Source of the DNA: Eledone cirrhosa
Lineage: Eukaryota
Direction of reading: 5' to 3'
DNA length: 64,000 nt
NCBI GenBank assembly: GCA_964016885.1
Contig: OZ024766.1
Location: 17,608,001 to 17,672,000, forward strand
The position numbers were made by a program, and so were the translations under genes. Below the pieces are notes generated by a model. The model was given only the letters and a program-made list of their open reading frames with translations, did not search any database and was not told where the DNA came from. Of the stretch, positions 1 to 13,265 are shown one piece after another (the stretch's first letter is position 1; each line of letters opens with the position of its first letter).

Positions 1-1596
1 GTGTCCCCGCTTCTATCTGGAGACAGAGTCCGAAGTCTGGTTCGTCTTTGTTCATCGACTTGTTGGAGTCTTTCATACTCTTCTCTGTCGCTGATTTCCA
101 GTCTAAGGGTGTCCCCGCTTCTATCTGGAGACAGAGTCCGAAGTCTGGTTCGTCTTTGTTCATCGACTTGTTGGAGTCCTTTATACTCGTCTCTGTCGCT
201 GATTTCCAGTCTAAGGGTGTCCCCGCTTCTATCTGGAGACAGAGTCCGAAGTCTGGTTCGTCTTTGTTCATCGACTTGTTGGAGTCCTTCATACTCTTCC
301 CTGTCGCTGATTTCCTGTCTAAGGGTGTCCCCGCTTCTATTTGGAGACAGAGTCTGAAGTCTGGTTCGTCTTTGTTCATCGACTTGTTGGAGTCTTTCAT
401 ACTCTTCTCTGTCGCTGATTTCCAGTCTAAGGGTGTCCCCGCTTCTATCTGGAGACAGAGTCCGAAGTCTGGTTCGTCTTTGTTCATCGACTTGTTGGAG
501 TCCTTCATACTCTTCCCTGTCGCTGATTTCCTGTCTAAGGGTGTCCCCGCTTCTATTTGGAGACAGAGTCTGAAGTCTGGTTCGTCTTTGTTCATCGACT
601 TGTTGGAGTCTTTCATACTCTTCTCTGTCGCTGATTTCCAGTCTAAGGGTGTCCCCGCTTCTATCTGGAGACAGAGTCCGAAGTCTGGTTCGTCTTTGTT
701 CATCGACTTGTTGGAGTCCTTCATACTCTTCCCTGTCGCTGATTTCCTGTCTAAGGGTGTCCCCGCTTCTATTTGGAGACAGAGTCTGAAGTCTGGTTCG
801 TCTTTGTTCATCGACTTGTTGGAGTCCTTCATACTCTTCTCTGTCGCTGATTTCCAGTCTAAGGGTGTCCCCGCTTCTATCTGGAGACAGAGTCTGAAGT
901 CTGGTTCGTCTTTGTTCATCGACTTGTTGGAGTCCTTCATACTCTTCCCTGTCGCTGATTTCCAGTCTAAGGGTGTCCCCGCTTCTATCTGGAGACAGAG
1001 TCTGAAGTCTGGTTCGTCTTTGTTCATCGACTTGTTGGAGTCTTTCATACTCTTCTCTGTCGCTGATTTCCAGTCTAAGGGTGTCCCCGCTTCTATCTGG
1101 AGACAGAGTCTGAAGTCTGGTTCGTCTTTGTTCATCGACTTGTTGGAGTCTTTCATACTCTTCTCTGTCGCTGATTTCCAGTCTAAGGGTGTCCCCGCTT
1201 CTATCTGGAGACAGAGTCTGAAGTCTGGTTCGTCTTTGTTCATCGACTTGTTGGAGTCTTTCATACTCTTCTCTGTCGCTGATTTCCAGTCTAAGGGTGT
1301 CCCCGCTTCTATCTGGAGACAGAGTCTGAAGTCTGGTTCGTCTTTGTTCATCGACTTGTTGGAGTCTTTCATACTCTTCTCTGTCGCTGATTTCCAGTCT
1401 AAGGGTGTCCCCGCTTCTATCTGGAGACAGAGTCCGAAGTCTGGTTCGTCTTTGTTCATCGACTTGTTGGAGTCTTTCATACTCGTCTCTGTCGCTGATT
1501 TCCAGTCTAAGGGTGTCCCCGCTTCTATCTGGAGACAGAGTCCGAAGTCTGGTTCGTCTTTGTTCATCGACTTGTTGGAGTCCTTCATACTCGTCT
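1..1596. repeat. 108-bp tandem array (~15 copies, runs off window start), directly downstream of parvoviral NS1
   Basis: Unit GTGTCCCCGCTTCTATCTGGAGACAGAG...TTTCCAGTCTAAGG. On the minus strand it reads LRLEISDREEYERLQQVDEQRRTRLRTLSPDRSGDT, in the same frame as NS1 beyond its stop at 1611-1613. Confidence 0.95.
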
Positions 1597-1610
1597 AAAA
1601 TGTACACAAG

Positions 1611-2560
1611 TTAATCATCTGAAAAACTGCTATCTTCATTAATCATTTTGGAGAAGCGATGTTCATAGAAAAGTATATTCCATATGAATGGATTTAGCTT
1701 CTTTTTCACATATTTAAGGAACGGTGATGCTGTATTAAATGTGAATTCGGTGTACCTTGTAATGAAAGCCACCTCCAATAACGGTGCATTTTGATCGAAT
1801 TTGTGATTTGACGTTATAATTAACGGAGTTCTGTGGACAACCTGGTCTTGTTTGAATTTTATTGCGACCTCTCTATCAACACCTTCTGCTAATTTTTTGA
1901 AAGTCTGTAGAGTCTCAAGTGTAAAGTTTGGCTCCTCTATCAAACCTATTTCGACATTGATAAGGTTTTGGAATGGGAAGCTACTTGTTCCCTGAATCGT
2001 AGAGACATGTGTAAACACCTCAGCAATGCTTCTCGCTACCATTGATTTTCCAGTGTTTGGTAGGCCTCGAAACACTAATAGATTCCTCTTGGGTTTATTT
2101 TTGCGTCAGTAGCTCCCAAACCGTATTAACGAAAGTGGCTTCTGGCAAGGCCTGCGTTAGCATAATTGATTTGATAATTTTTAACGAAACTTCTTTTTCC
2201 ATATAGTTTTTGTCGTTGTCGAATAGTTCCCAGTTCATGGCCTCGAATTTGTCCTTAAACGACATGTTTAGTGTCTTAAGCTTCTCACACTCCAGAACTT
2301 TCTTCATGATGCTATCGTACATGGGGTGTAAGATAGTTGTCATTATTTCTGTGCAACCGATGTGACTTCATATCCTGTTCGATGCGAAATTTCTTAGATG
2401 TGAAGATGTATGTTAAATAGTTGAACAATGTCAATGGCGTTCCTGATTTTGGTTTAAATGTGGGGGGTCTTCCTGTTGTAATAACGGCTCTTTGCTAGTT
2501 GATGGTTTTGGTTGGTTGTCTGGTTGCGGTATGTGTTCTATTTCTCTTAGATTAGATCAG
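1611..2560 (-). pseudogene. NS1: Endogenous parvovirus/densovirus NS1, SF3 helicase half (copy 1), disrupted
   Basis: Walker A GLPNTGKS, Walker B IGLIEE, B' FKKLAEG..V.IKFK, motif C PLIITSN, Arg finger FITRY. ORFs 2343-2095 and 2075-1611 are split by a stop. Homology to copy 2 extends upstream (PTFKPKSGTPLTLFNYLTYIFTSKKFR). Confidence 0.9.
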
Positions 2561-2574
2561 TTGTCCAGTTGTGA

Positions 2575-3857
2575 ACAATGCCAGGCCAGGTGACCATGTC
2601 TTGCTCATACAGAACTGATTTTGGCTTGATTTCTAAAGCTAGATGCCTTTCCCAATGCCAACCTCATTTACAGTGTGGACTGGGTGCTTTTTCTCATGTC
2701 ACTAGCACGACCACTTTACAGTGTGGACTGGGTGCTTTTTGTTGTGACACCTACATGGCCACTTTACAGTGTGGACTGGGTGCTTTTTGTTGTGACACCT
2801 ACATGGCCACTTTACAGTGTGGACTGGGTACTTTTTATTGTGACACCTACATGACCACTTTAAAGTGTGGACTGGGTCCTTTTTGTTGTGACACCTACAT
2901 GACCACTTTACAGTGTGGACTGGGTGCTTTTTGTAATGACACCTACATGACCACTTTACAGTGTGGACTGGGTGCTTTTTGTTGTGACACCTACACGACC
3001 ACTTTACAGTGTGGACTGGGTACTTTTTGTTGTGACACCTACATGACCACTTTACAGTGTGTACTGGGTACTATTTGTCGTGACACCTACATGACCACTT
3101 TACAGTGTGGACTGGGTACTTTTTGTTGTGACACCTACATGACCACTTTACAGTCTGGACTGGGTACTATTTGTCGTGACACCTACATGACCACTTTACA
3201 GTGTGGACTGGGTGCTTTTTGTTATGACACCTACATGACCACTTTACAGTGTGTACTGGGTACTTTTTGTTGTGACACCTACATGACCACTTTACAGTGT
3301 GGACTGGGTGCTTTTTGTTGTGACACCTACATGACCACTTTACAGTGTGGACTGGGTACTATTTGTTGTGACACCTACATGACCAATTTACAGTGTAGAC
3401 TGGGTGGTGTTTGTCATGACACCTACATGACCACTTTACAGTGTGGGCTGGGTACTATTTGTTGTGACACCTACATGACCACTTTACAGTGTGGACTGGG
3501 TACTATTTGTTGTGACACCTACATGACCACTTTACAGTGTGGTCTGGGTACTATTTGTTGTGACACCTACATGACCACTTTACAGTGTGGACTGGGTGGT
3601 GTTTGTCATGACACCTACATGACCACTTTACAATGTGGACTGGGTACTTTTTGTTGTGACACCTACATGACCACTTTACAGTGTGAACTGGGTACTTTTT
3701 GTTGTGGCACCTACATGACCACTTTACAGTGTGGACTGGGTACTTTTTGTTGTGACACCTACATGAACACTTTACAGTGTGGACTGGGTACTTTTTGTTG
3801 TGACACCTACATGACCACTTTACAGTGTGGACTGGGTACTTTTTCTCATGACACCTA
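2575..3857 (-). repeat. SINE-like fragment with expanded 48-bp internal minisatellite (~25 copies)
   Basis: Unit ACCACTTTACAGTGTGGACTGGGTGCTTTTTGTTGTGACACCTACATG matches the internal motif of the SINE at 22031-22370. It is preceded by the same CCAACCTCATTTACAGTG segment. Confidence 0.85.
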
Positions 3858-3881
3858 ATGGATTATATGGAGTCTCAGACA

Positions 3882-4100
3882 TTACAGCATCCATGAGTGA
3901 GGGACGCTGTCAAATACCTTCTGGTAATGAATCCATGCCATACTTCGGCTACTACAGTCTTCTAAGGTAGTCTTGTTGATTAGGGGTGAGCCTTTTCTGC
4001 CAAAGCAATCACTCCGACATTCTGTTTGTTCATTTTCGAGGTAGCAACCTGTAGAGAGGAGGTGCTCGAAAATGTTATCGGCTGTGAGACCAGCAAGGAC
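3882..4100 (-). mobile_element. Non-LTR retrotransposon reverse transcriptase fragment (R4/Dong-like)
   Basis: EQTECR...LINK..LEDC...MAWIHYQKVFDSVPHSW resembles the RT motif EQKGCR...WIDYxKAFDSVPHSW. Confidence 0.7.
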
Positions 4101-4217
4101 CAGATCTTGTCCCCCTTCCATTTCAGCCGCCCACACTTGACGGGGGCAGCTAAGAACTGTTTTATTCAGGTCAGATCTGCCGGGAAAAACGTCTGAGTGG
4201 AGGGGGGGGGGCACTCC

Positions 4218-7200
4218 TGAATAGCACTGTCTGGTGAAGGACCCCACCGTCACAAGCAGTACTCTCTGGTCAAGGACACCAGTCACAAGTAGTACTCTCT
4301 GGTGAAGGACCCCACCGTCACAAGCAGTACCCTCTGGTGAAGGACCCCACCGTCACAAGCATTACCCTCTGGTCAAGGACACCCCAGTCACAAGCAGTAC
4401 CCTCTGGTCAAAGACCCCACCGTCACAAGCAGTACTCTCTGGTCAAGGACCCCACCATCATAAGCAGTACTCTCTGGTCAAGGACACCAGTCACAAGCAG
4501 TAGTCTCTGGTCAAGGACCCCTCAGTCAAGTGCTTGACTGTCTTTGATTTTCCATTGATTTTACTTCTCTTCCCAATCCTTTGTCATTTCATCTGGAATA
4601 GTAAACCCCTTTGACAAGATCTGATGTACAACTGTACTGAATCTTCAACCTTCTCATTGAACTGAATAGCACTGTCTGGTGAAGGACCCCACCGTCACAA
4701 GCAGTACTCTCTGGTCAAGGACCCCACCATCACAAGTAGTACCCTCTGGTGAAGGACCCCACCGTCACAAGCAGTACTCTCTGGTCAAGGACACCAGTCA
4801 CAAACAGTACCCTCTGGTCAAGGACACCATAGTCACAAGCAGTACTCTCTGGTCAAGGACACCCCAGTCACAAGCAGTACCCTCTGGTCAAGGACACCAC
4901 CGTCACAAGTAGTACTCTCTGGTCAAGGACACCCGAGTCACAAGCAGTACCCTCTGGTCAAGGACACCACCGTCACAAGCAGTACCCTCTGGTCAAGGAC
5001 ACCACAGTCACAAGCAGTACCCTCTGGTCAAGGACACCAGTCACAAGCAGTACTCTCTGGTCAAGGACACCACAGTCACAAGCAGTAGTCTCTGGTCAAG
5101 GACACCACAGTCACAAGCAGTAGTCTCTGGTCAAGGACCCTCAGTCAAATGCTTGACTGTCTTTGATTTTCCATTGATTTTACTTCTCTTCCCAATCCTT
5201 TGTCATTTCATCTGGAATAGTAAACCCCTTTGACAAGATGTGATGTACAACTGTACTGAATCCTCTATTTTCTCATTGAACTGAATAGCACTGTCTGGTG
5301 AAGGACCCCACCGTCACAAGCAGTACTCTATGGTGAAGGACCCCACCGTCACAAGCAGTACTCTATGGTGAAGGACCCCACCGTCACAAGCAATACTCTA
5401 TGGTCAAGGACCCCACCGTCACAAGCAGTACTCTCTGGTCAAGGACCCCACCGTCACAAGCAGTACTCTCTGGTCAAGGACACCACCGTCACAAGCAGTA
5501 CCCTCTGGTCAAGGACACCACCGTCACAAGCAGTACTCTATGGTCAACGACACCATAGTCACAAGCAGTACTCTATGGTCAAGGACCCCACCGTCACAAG
5601 CAGTATTCTATGGTCAAGGACCCCACCGTCACAAGCAGTACTCTCTGATCAAGGACACCACAATCACAAGCAGTAGTCTCTGGTCAAGGACCCCTCAGTC
5701 AAGTGCTTGACTGTCTTTGATTTTCCATTGATTTTACTTCTCTTCCCAATCCTTTGTCATTTCATCTGGAATAGTAAATCCCTTTGACAAGATCTTATGT
5801 ACAATTGTACTGAATCCTCTATTTTCTCATTGAACTGAATAGCACTGTCTGGTGAAGGACTCCACCGTCAGAAGCAGTACTCTCTGGTCAAAAACCCCAC
5901 CGTCACAAGCAGTACTCTATGGTGAAGGACCCCACCGTCACAAGCAGTACTCTCTGGTCAAGGACCCCACCGTCACAAGCAGTACTCTATGGTCAAGGAC
6001 CCCACCATCACAAGCAGTACTCTCTGGTCAAGGGCACCAGTCAAGCAGTAGTCTCTGGTCAAGGACCCCTCAGTCACAAGCAGTAGTCTCTGGTCGAGGA
6101 CCTCCACCCCAGTCACCAGCAGTACCCTCTGGTCAAGGACACCACCAACACAAGCAGTACCCTCTGGTCAAGGACACCACCGTCACAAGCAGTACCCTCT
6201 GGTCAAGGACACCATAGTCACAAGCAGTACTCTCTGGTCAAGGACCCCCACCCCAGTCACAAGCAGTACTCTCTGGTCAAGGACACCACCGTCACAAGCA
6301 GTACTCTCTGGTCAAGGACACCACAGTCACAAGCAGTAGTCTCTGGTCAAGGACCCCTCAGTCAAGTGCTTGACTGTCTTTGATTTTCCATTGATTTTAC
6401 TTCTCTTCCCAATCCTTTGTCATTTCATCTGGAATAGTAAACCCCTTTGACAAGATCTGATGTACAACTGTACTGAATCCTCTATTTTCTCATTGAACTG
6501 AATAGCACTGTCTGGTGAAGGACCCCACCGTCACAAGCAGTACTCTATGGTCATGGACCCCACCGTCACAAGCAGTACTCTCTGGTCAAGGACACCACAG
6601 TCACAAGCAGTAGTCTCTGGTCAAGGACCCCTCAGTCAAGTGCTTGACTGTCTTTGATTTTCCATTGATTTTACTTCTCTTCCCAATCCTTTGACATTTC
6701 ATCTGGAATAGTAAACCCCTTTGACAAGATCTTATGTACAATTGTACTGAATCCTCTATTTTCTCATTGAACTGAATAGCACTGTCTGGTGAAGGACCCC
6801 ACCGTCACAAGCAGTACTCTATGGTGAAGGACCCCAGCGTCACAAGCAGTACTCTATGGTCAAGGACCCCACCAGTCACAAGCAGTACTCTCTGGTCAAG
6901 GGCACCAGTCACAAGCAGTAGTCTCTGGTCAAGGACCCCTCAGTCACAAGCAGTAGTCTCTGGTCAAGGACCTCCACCCCAGTCACCAGCAGTACTCTCT
7001 GGTCAAGGACACCACCGACACAAGCAGTACCCTCTGGTCAAGGACACCACCGACACAAGCAGTACCCTCTGGTCAAGGACACCATAGTCACAAGCAGTAC
7101 TCTCTGGTCAAGGACCCCCACCCCAGTCACAAGCAGTACTCACTGGTCAAGGACACCACCGTCACAAGCAGTACCCTCTGGTCAAGGACACCAGTCACAA

Positions 7201-10200
7201 GCAGTACCCTCTGGTCAAGGACACCAGTCACAAGCAGTACTCTCTGGTCAAGGACCCCCACCCCAGTCACAAGCAGTACTCTCTGGTCAAGGACACCACC
7301 GTCACAAGCAGTACCCTCTGGTCAAGGACACCAGTCACAAGCAGTACCCTCTGGTCAAGGACACCAGTCACAAGCAGTAGTCTCTGGTCAAGGACCCCTC
7401 AGTCAAATGCTTGACTGTCTTTGATTTTCCATTGATTTTACTTCTCTTCCCAATCCTTTGTCATTTCATCTGGAATAGTAAACCCCTTTGACAAGATCTG
7501 ATGTACAACTGTACTGAATCCTCTATTTTCTCATTGAACTGAATAGCACTGTCTGGTGAAGGACCCCACCGTCACAAGCAGTACTCTATGGTGAAGGACC
7601 CCACCGTCACAAGCAGTACTCTATGGTGAAGGACCCCACCGTCACAAGCAATACTCTATGGTCAAGGACCCCACCGTCACAAGCAGTACTCTCTGGTCAA
7701 GGACCCCACCGTCACAAGCAGTACTCTCTGGTCAAGGACACCACCGTCACAAGCAGTACCCTCTGGTCAAGGACACCACCGTCACAAGCAGTACTCTATG
7801 GTCAACGACACCATAGTCACAAGCAGTACTCTATGGTCAAGGACCCCACCGTCACAAGCAGTATTCTATGGTCAAGGACCCCACCGTCACAAGCAGTACT
7901 CTCTGATCAAGGACACCACAATCACAAGCAGTAGTCTCTGGTCAAGGACCCCTCAGTCAAGTGCTTGACTGTCTTTGATTTTCCATTGATTTTACTTCTC
8001 TTCCCAATCCTTTGTCATTTCATCTGGAATAGTAAATCCCTTTGACAAGATCTTATGTACAATTGTACTGAATCCTCTATTTTCTCATTGAACTGAATAG
8101 CACTGTCTGGTGAAGGACTCCACCGTCAGAAGCAGTACTCTCTGGTCAAAAACCCCACCGTCACAAGCAGTACTCTATGGTGAAGGACCCCACCGTCACA
8201 AGCAGTACTCTCTGGTCAAGGACCCCACCGTCACAAGCAGTACTCTATGGTCAAGGACCCCACCATCACAAGCAGTACTCTCTGGTCAAGGGCACCAGTC
8301 AAGCAGTAGTCTCTGGTCAAGGACCCCTCAGTCACAAGCAGTAGTCTCTGGTCGAGGACCTCCACCCCAGTCACCAGCAGTACCCTCTGGTCAAGGACAC
8401 CACCAACACAAGCAGTACCCTCTGGTCAAGGACACCACCGTCACAAGCAGTACCCTCTGGTCAAGGACACCATAGTCACAAGCAGTACTCTCTGGTCAAG
8501 GACCCCCACCCCAGTCACAAGCAGTACTCTCTGGTCAAGGACACCACCGTCACAAGCAGTACTCTCTGGTCAAGGACACCACAGTCACAAGCAGTAGTCT
8601 CTGGTCAAGGACCCCTCAGTCAAGTGCTTGACTGTCTTTGATTTTCCATTGATTTTACTTCTCTTCCCAATCCTTTGTCATTTCATCTGGAATAGTAAAC
8701 CCCTTTGACAAGATCTGATGTACAACTGTACTGAATCCTCTATTTTCTCATTGAACTGAATAGCACTGTCTGGTGAAGGACCCCACCGTCACAAGCAGTA
8801 CTCTATGGTCATGGACCCCACCGTCACAAGCAGTACTCTCTGGTCAAGGACACCACAGTCACAAGCAGTAGTCTCTGGTCAAGGACCCCTCAGTCAAGTG
8901 CTTGACTGTCTTTGATTTTCCATTGATTTTACTTCTCTTCCCAATCCTTTGACATTTCATCTGGAATAGTAAACCCCTTTGACAAGATCTTATGTACAAT
9001 TGTACTGAATCCTCTATTTTCTCATTGAACTGAATAGCACTGTCTGGTGAAGGACCCCACCGTCACAAGCAGTACTCTATGGTGAAGGACCCCAGCGTCA
9101 CAAGCAGTACTCTATGGTCAAGGACCCCACCAGTCACAAGCAGTACTCTCTGGTCAAGGGCACCAGTCACAAGCAGTAGTCTCTGGTCAAGGACCCCTCA
9201 GTCACAAGCAGTAGTCTCTGGTCAAGGACCTCCACCCCAGTCACCAGCAGTACTCTCTGGTCAAGGACACCACCGACACAAGCAGTACCCTCTGGTCAAG
9301 GACACCACCGACACAAGCAGTACCCTCTGGTCAAGGACACCATAGTCACAAGCAGTACTCTCTGGTCAAGGACCCCCACCCCAGTCACAAGCAGTACTCA
9401 CTGGTCAAGGACACCACCGTCACAAGCAGTACCCTCTGGTCAAGGACACCAGTCACAAGCAGTACCCTCTGGTCAAGGACACCAGTCACAAGCAGTACTC
9501 TCTGGTCAAGGACCCCCACCCCAGTCACAAGCAGTACTCTCTGGTCAAGGACACCACCGTCACAAGCAGTACCCTCTGGTCAAGGACACCAGTCACAAGC
9601 AGTACCCTCTGGTCAAGGACACCAGTCACAAGCAGTAGTCTCTGGTCAAGGACCCCTCAGTCAAATGCTTGACTGTCTTTGATTTTCCATTGATTTTACT
9701 TCTCTTCCCAATCCTTTGTCATTTCATCTGGAATAGTAAACCCCTTTGACAAGATCTGATGTACAACTGTACTGAATCCTCTATTTTCTCATTGAACTGA
9801 ATAGCACTGTCTGGTGAAGGACCCCACCGTCACAAGCAGTACTCTATGGTGAAGGACCCCACCGTCACAAGCAGTACTCTATGGTGAAGGACCCCACCGT
9901 CACAAGCAGTACTCTATGGTGAAGGACCCCACCGTCACAAGCAGTACTCTATGGTCAAGGACCCCACCGTCACAAGCAGTACTCTCTGGTCAAGGACACC
10001 AGTCACAAGCAGTACCCTCTGGTGAAGGACCCCACCAGTCACCAGCAGTACACTCTGCTCATGGACACCACCGTCACAAGCAGTACCCTCTGGTCAGGGA
10101 CACCACCGTCACAAGCAGTACCCTCTGGTCAAGAACACCACCGTCACAAGCAGTACTCTATGGTCAAGGACACCATAGTCACAAGCAGTACTCTATGGTC

Positions 10201-11070
10201 AAGGACCCCACCGTCACAAGCAGTATTCTATGGTCAAGGACCCCACCATCACAAGCAGTACTCTCTGGTCAAGGACACCACAGTCACAAGCAGTAGTCTC
10301 TGGTCAAGGACCCCTCAGTCAAGTGCTTGACTGTCTTTGATTTTCCATTGATTTTATTTCTCTTCCCAATCCTTTGTCATTTCATCTGGAATAGTAAACC
10401 CCTTTGACAAGATCTGATGTACAACTGTACTGAATCCTCTATTTTCTCATTGAACTGAATAGCACTGTCTGGTGAAGAACCCCACCGTCAGAAGCAGTAC
10501 TCTCTGGTCAAGGACCCCACCGTCACAAGCAGTACTCTATGGTGAAGGACCCCACCGTCACAAGCGGTACTCTATGGTCAAGGACCCCACTGTCACAAGC
10601 GGTACTCTATGGTCAAGGACCCCACTGTCACAAGCGGTACTCTATGGTCAAGGACCCCACCGTCACAAGCAGTACTCTCTGGTCAAGGACACCAGTCACA
10701 AGCAGTAGTCTCTGGTCAAGGACCCCTCAATCACAAGCAGTACTCTCTGGTGAAGGACCCCACCGTCACAAGCAGTACTCTATGGTGAAGGACCCCACCG
10801 TCACAAGCAGTACTCTATGGTCAAGGACGCCACCGTCACAAGCAGTACTCTATGGTCAAGGACCCCACCGTCACAAGCAGTACTCTCTGGTCAAGGACAC
10901 CACAGTCACAAGCAGTAGTCTCTGGTCAAGGACCCCTCAGTCAAGTGCTTGACTGTCTTTGATTTTCCATTGATTTTACTTCTCTTCCCAATCCTTTGTC
11001 ATTTCATCTGGAATAGTAAACCCCTTTGACAAGATCTGATGTACAACTGTACTGAATCCTCTATTTTCTA
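4218..11070. repeat. Composite satellite: runs of ~33-38-bp units separated by a constant ~145-bp block; 2258-bp higher-order duplication
   Basis: Unit GTCACAAGCAGTACTCTCTGGTCAAGGACCCCACC. Constant block GTGCTTGACTGTCTTTGATTTTCC...GAACTGAATAGCACTGTC. Identical ORFs recur at 5365/7623, 5852/8110 and 6821/9079 (offset 2258). Confidence 0.95.
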
Positions 11071-11465
11071 AGATGTGTTGTCCTTGTCAACAATATACCA
11101 CTGGTATCTTTGTTTTAGCTTCTCTTCTCCATCCTTTGTCATCTCATCAGGAATAGTATATTTTTAGACAGTGCCTCACTCTATTTTCTAAGATGGGTCG
11201 TCCTTGTCAACAGAATATACCACTGGTATCTTTATTTTAGCGTCTCTTCTCCATCCTTTGTCATCTCATCAGGAATAGTATATTTTTAGACAGTGCCTCA
11301 CTCTATTTTCTAAGATGTGTAGTCCTTGTCAACAATATACCACTGGTATCTTTGTTTTAGCGTCTCTTCTCCATCCTTTGTCATCTCATCAGGAATAGTA
11401 TATTTTTAGACAGTGCCTCGCTCAATCTATTTTCTAAAATGTTTTGTCCTTGTCAACAGATTATA
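11058..11465. repeat. ~120-bp tandem repeat (~3.5 copies) related to the 145-bp block
   Basis: Shares ATCCTTTGTCAT.TCATC.GGAATAGTA with the 145-bp block; minus strand reads YTIPDEMTKDGEE. Confidence 0.85.
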
Positions 11466-11507
11466 CAAATGTTTCTAGTCAGGGTGTCCAACAGTCACAT
11501 GTTAGGC

Positions 11508-12095
11508 TGTCCTTCCTGCCATATCTTGTATACATCTGACTAAACGACACCCAATTGCTGTCTAGGAAGGTCAAACTTGGCTGGTTTAGATGTCGGGTCC
11601 TAGACGAGGTCTTGGTTGGCAAATTTGAACCCATTTTCCATCGGTAGAGATAATGGAATGTCCTTCCTGCCATATCTTGTGTACATCTGACTAAAGGACA
11701 CCCAATTGCTTTCTAGGAAGGTCAAACTTGGCTGGTTTAGATGTCGGGTCCTAGACGAGGTCTTGGTTGGCAAATTTGAACCCATTTTCCATCGATAGAG
11801 ATAATGGAATGTCCTTCCTGCCATATCTTGTGTACATCTGACTAAAGGACACCCAATTGCTTTCTAGGAAGGTCAAACTTGGCTGGTTTAGATGTCGGGT
11901 CCTAGACGAGGTCTTGGTTGGCAAATTTGAACCCATTTTCCATCGATAGAGATAATGGAATGTCCTTCCTGCCATATCTTGTGTAGATCTGACTAAAGGA
12001 CACCCAATTGCTGTCTAGGAAGGTCAAACTTGGCTGGTTTAGATGTCGGGTCCTAGACGAGGTCTTGGTTGCCAAATTTGAACTCATTTTCCATG
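11508..12095. repeat. 151-bp tandem repeat (~4 copies)
   Basis: ORFs recur at a 151-bp offset (11600, 11751, 11902); unit TGTCCTTCCTGCCATATCTTG...GATAATGGAA. Confidence 0.9.
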
Positions 12096-12339
12096 ATTTT
12101 CACCACTAATAAGGTTAAAATCTGTCAAAATTAAAAAATAGAGTTTAAAAAACATGTCTCCTCCCTCAATATACTACTGGTATCACTAATTCTGCTCTCT
12201 CCTCCATCCTTTGACATTTCATCTGGAATAGTAAACCCTTTAGAGTGTGTTACATTTAATCTTTTCACTCAATCTATTTTCCAAAAGGTTTTGTTCTTAA
12301 CAGAATATACAAATGTTTTAATTGTAATATTTTATTTAT

Positions 12340-13265
12340 AAGGGTAGAGGGTCAGACACCATGTTAGGGTGGTGGGTTGGCAGTAAGGGTAGAGGGTCAG
12401 ACACCATATTAGGGTGGTGGGTTGGCAGTAAGGGTAGAGGGTCAGACGCCATGTTAGGGTGGTGGGTTGGCAGTAAGGGTAGAGGGTCAGACACCATGTT
12501 AGGGTGGTGGGTTGGCAGTAAGGGTAGATGGTCAGACACCATGTTAGGGTGGTGGGTTGGCAGTAAGGGTAGAGGGTCAGACGCCATGTTAGGGTGGTGG
12601 GTTGGCAGTAAGGGTAGATGGTCAGATGTCAGGTTAGGGTGGTGGGTTGGCAGTAAGGGTAGAGGATCAGACGCCATGTTAGGGTGGTGGGTTGGCAGTA
12701 AGGGTAGAGGGTCAGACACCATGTTAGGGTGGTGGGTTGGCAGTAAGGGTAGAGGGTCAGACGCCATGTTAGGGTGGTGGGTTGGCAGTAAGGGTAGAGG
12801 GTCAGATGTCAGGTTAGGGTGGTGGGTTGGCAGTATTGGTAGAGGGTCAGACACCATGTTAGGGTGGTGGGTTGGTAGTATTGGTAGAGGGTCAGATGTC
12901 AGGTTAGGGTGGTGGGTTGGCAGTAAGGGTAGAGGGTCAGACACCATGTTAGGGTGGTGGGTTGGCAGTAAGGGTAGAGGGTCAGACGTCATGTTAGGGT
13001 GGTGGGTTGGCAGTAAGGGTAGAGGGTGAGACACCATGTTAGGGTGGTGGGTTGGCAGTAAGGGTAGAGGGTCAGACACCATGCTAGGGTGGTAGATTGG
13101 CAGTATAGGTAGAGGGTCAGACACCATGTTAGGGTGGTGGGTTGGCAGTAAGGGTAGAGGGTCAGACGCCATGTTAGGGTGGTGGGTTGGCAGTAAGGGT
13201 AGAGGGTCAGATGTCAGGTTAGGGTGGTGGGTTGGCAGTAAGGGTAGAGGGTGAGACGCCATGCT
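12340..13265 (+). repeat. G-rich 45-bp minisatellite (~20 copies) derived from a SINE 5' head
   Basis: Unit ATGTTAGGGTGGTGGGTTGGCAGTAAGGGTAGAGGGTCAGACACC runs into a SINE B-box at ~13278 and resembles the SINE head at 58365-58405. Confidence 0.85.

Noticed and set aside
48-1598. 516-aa plus-strand repeat ORF
   Set aside because: Antisense reading of the 108-bp array; the biologically plausible frame is on the minus strand.
2578-3858. 426-aa Cys-rich ORF resembling a metallothionein or keratin-associated protein
   Set aside because: Translation of a SINE-derived 48-bp minisatellite.
4218-11070. CRISPR-like alternation of ~35-bp repeats and longer blocks
   Set aside because: The blocks are near-identical rather than unique spacers, the repeats are directly tandem, there are no cas genes, and the context is eukaryotic.
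12336-13262. Pro/His-rich ORF, or telomeric array (TTAGGG)
   Set aside because: 45-bp SINE-head minisatellite with only one TTAGGG per unit.
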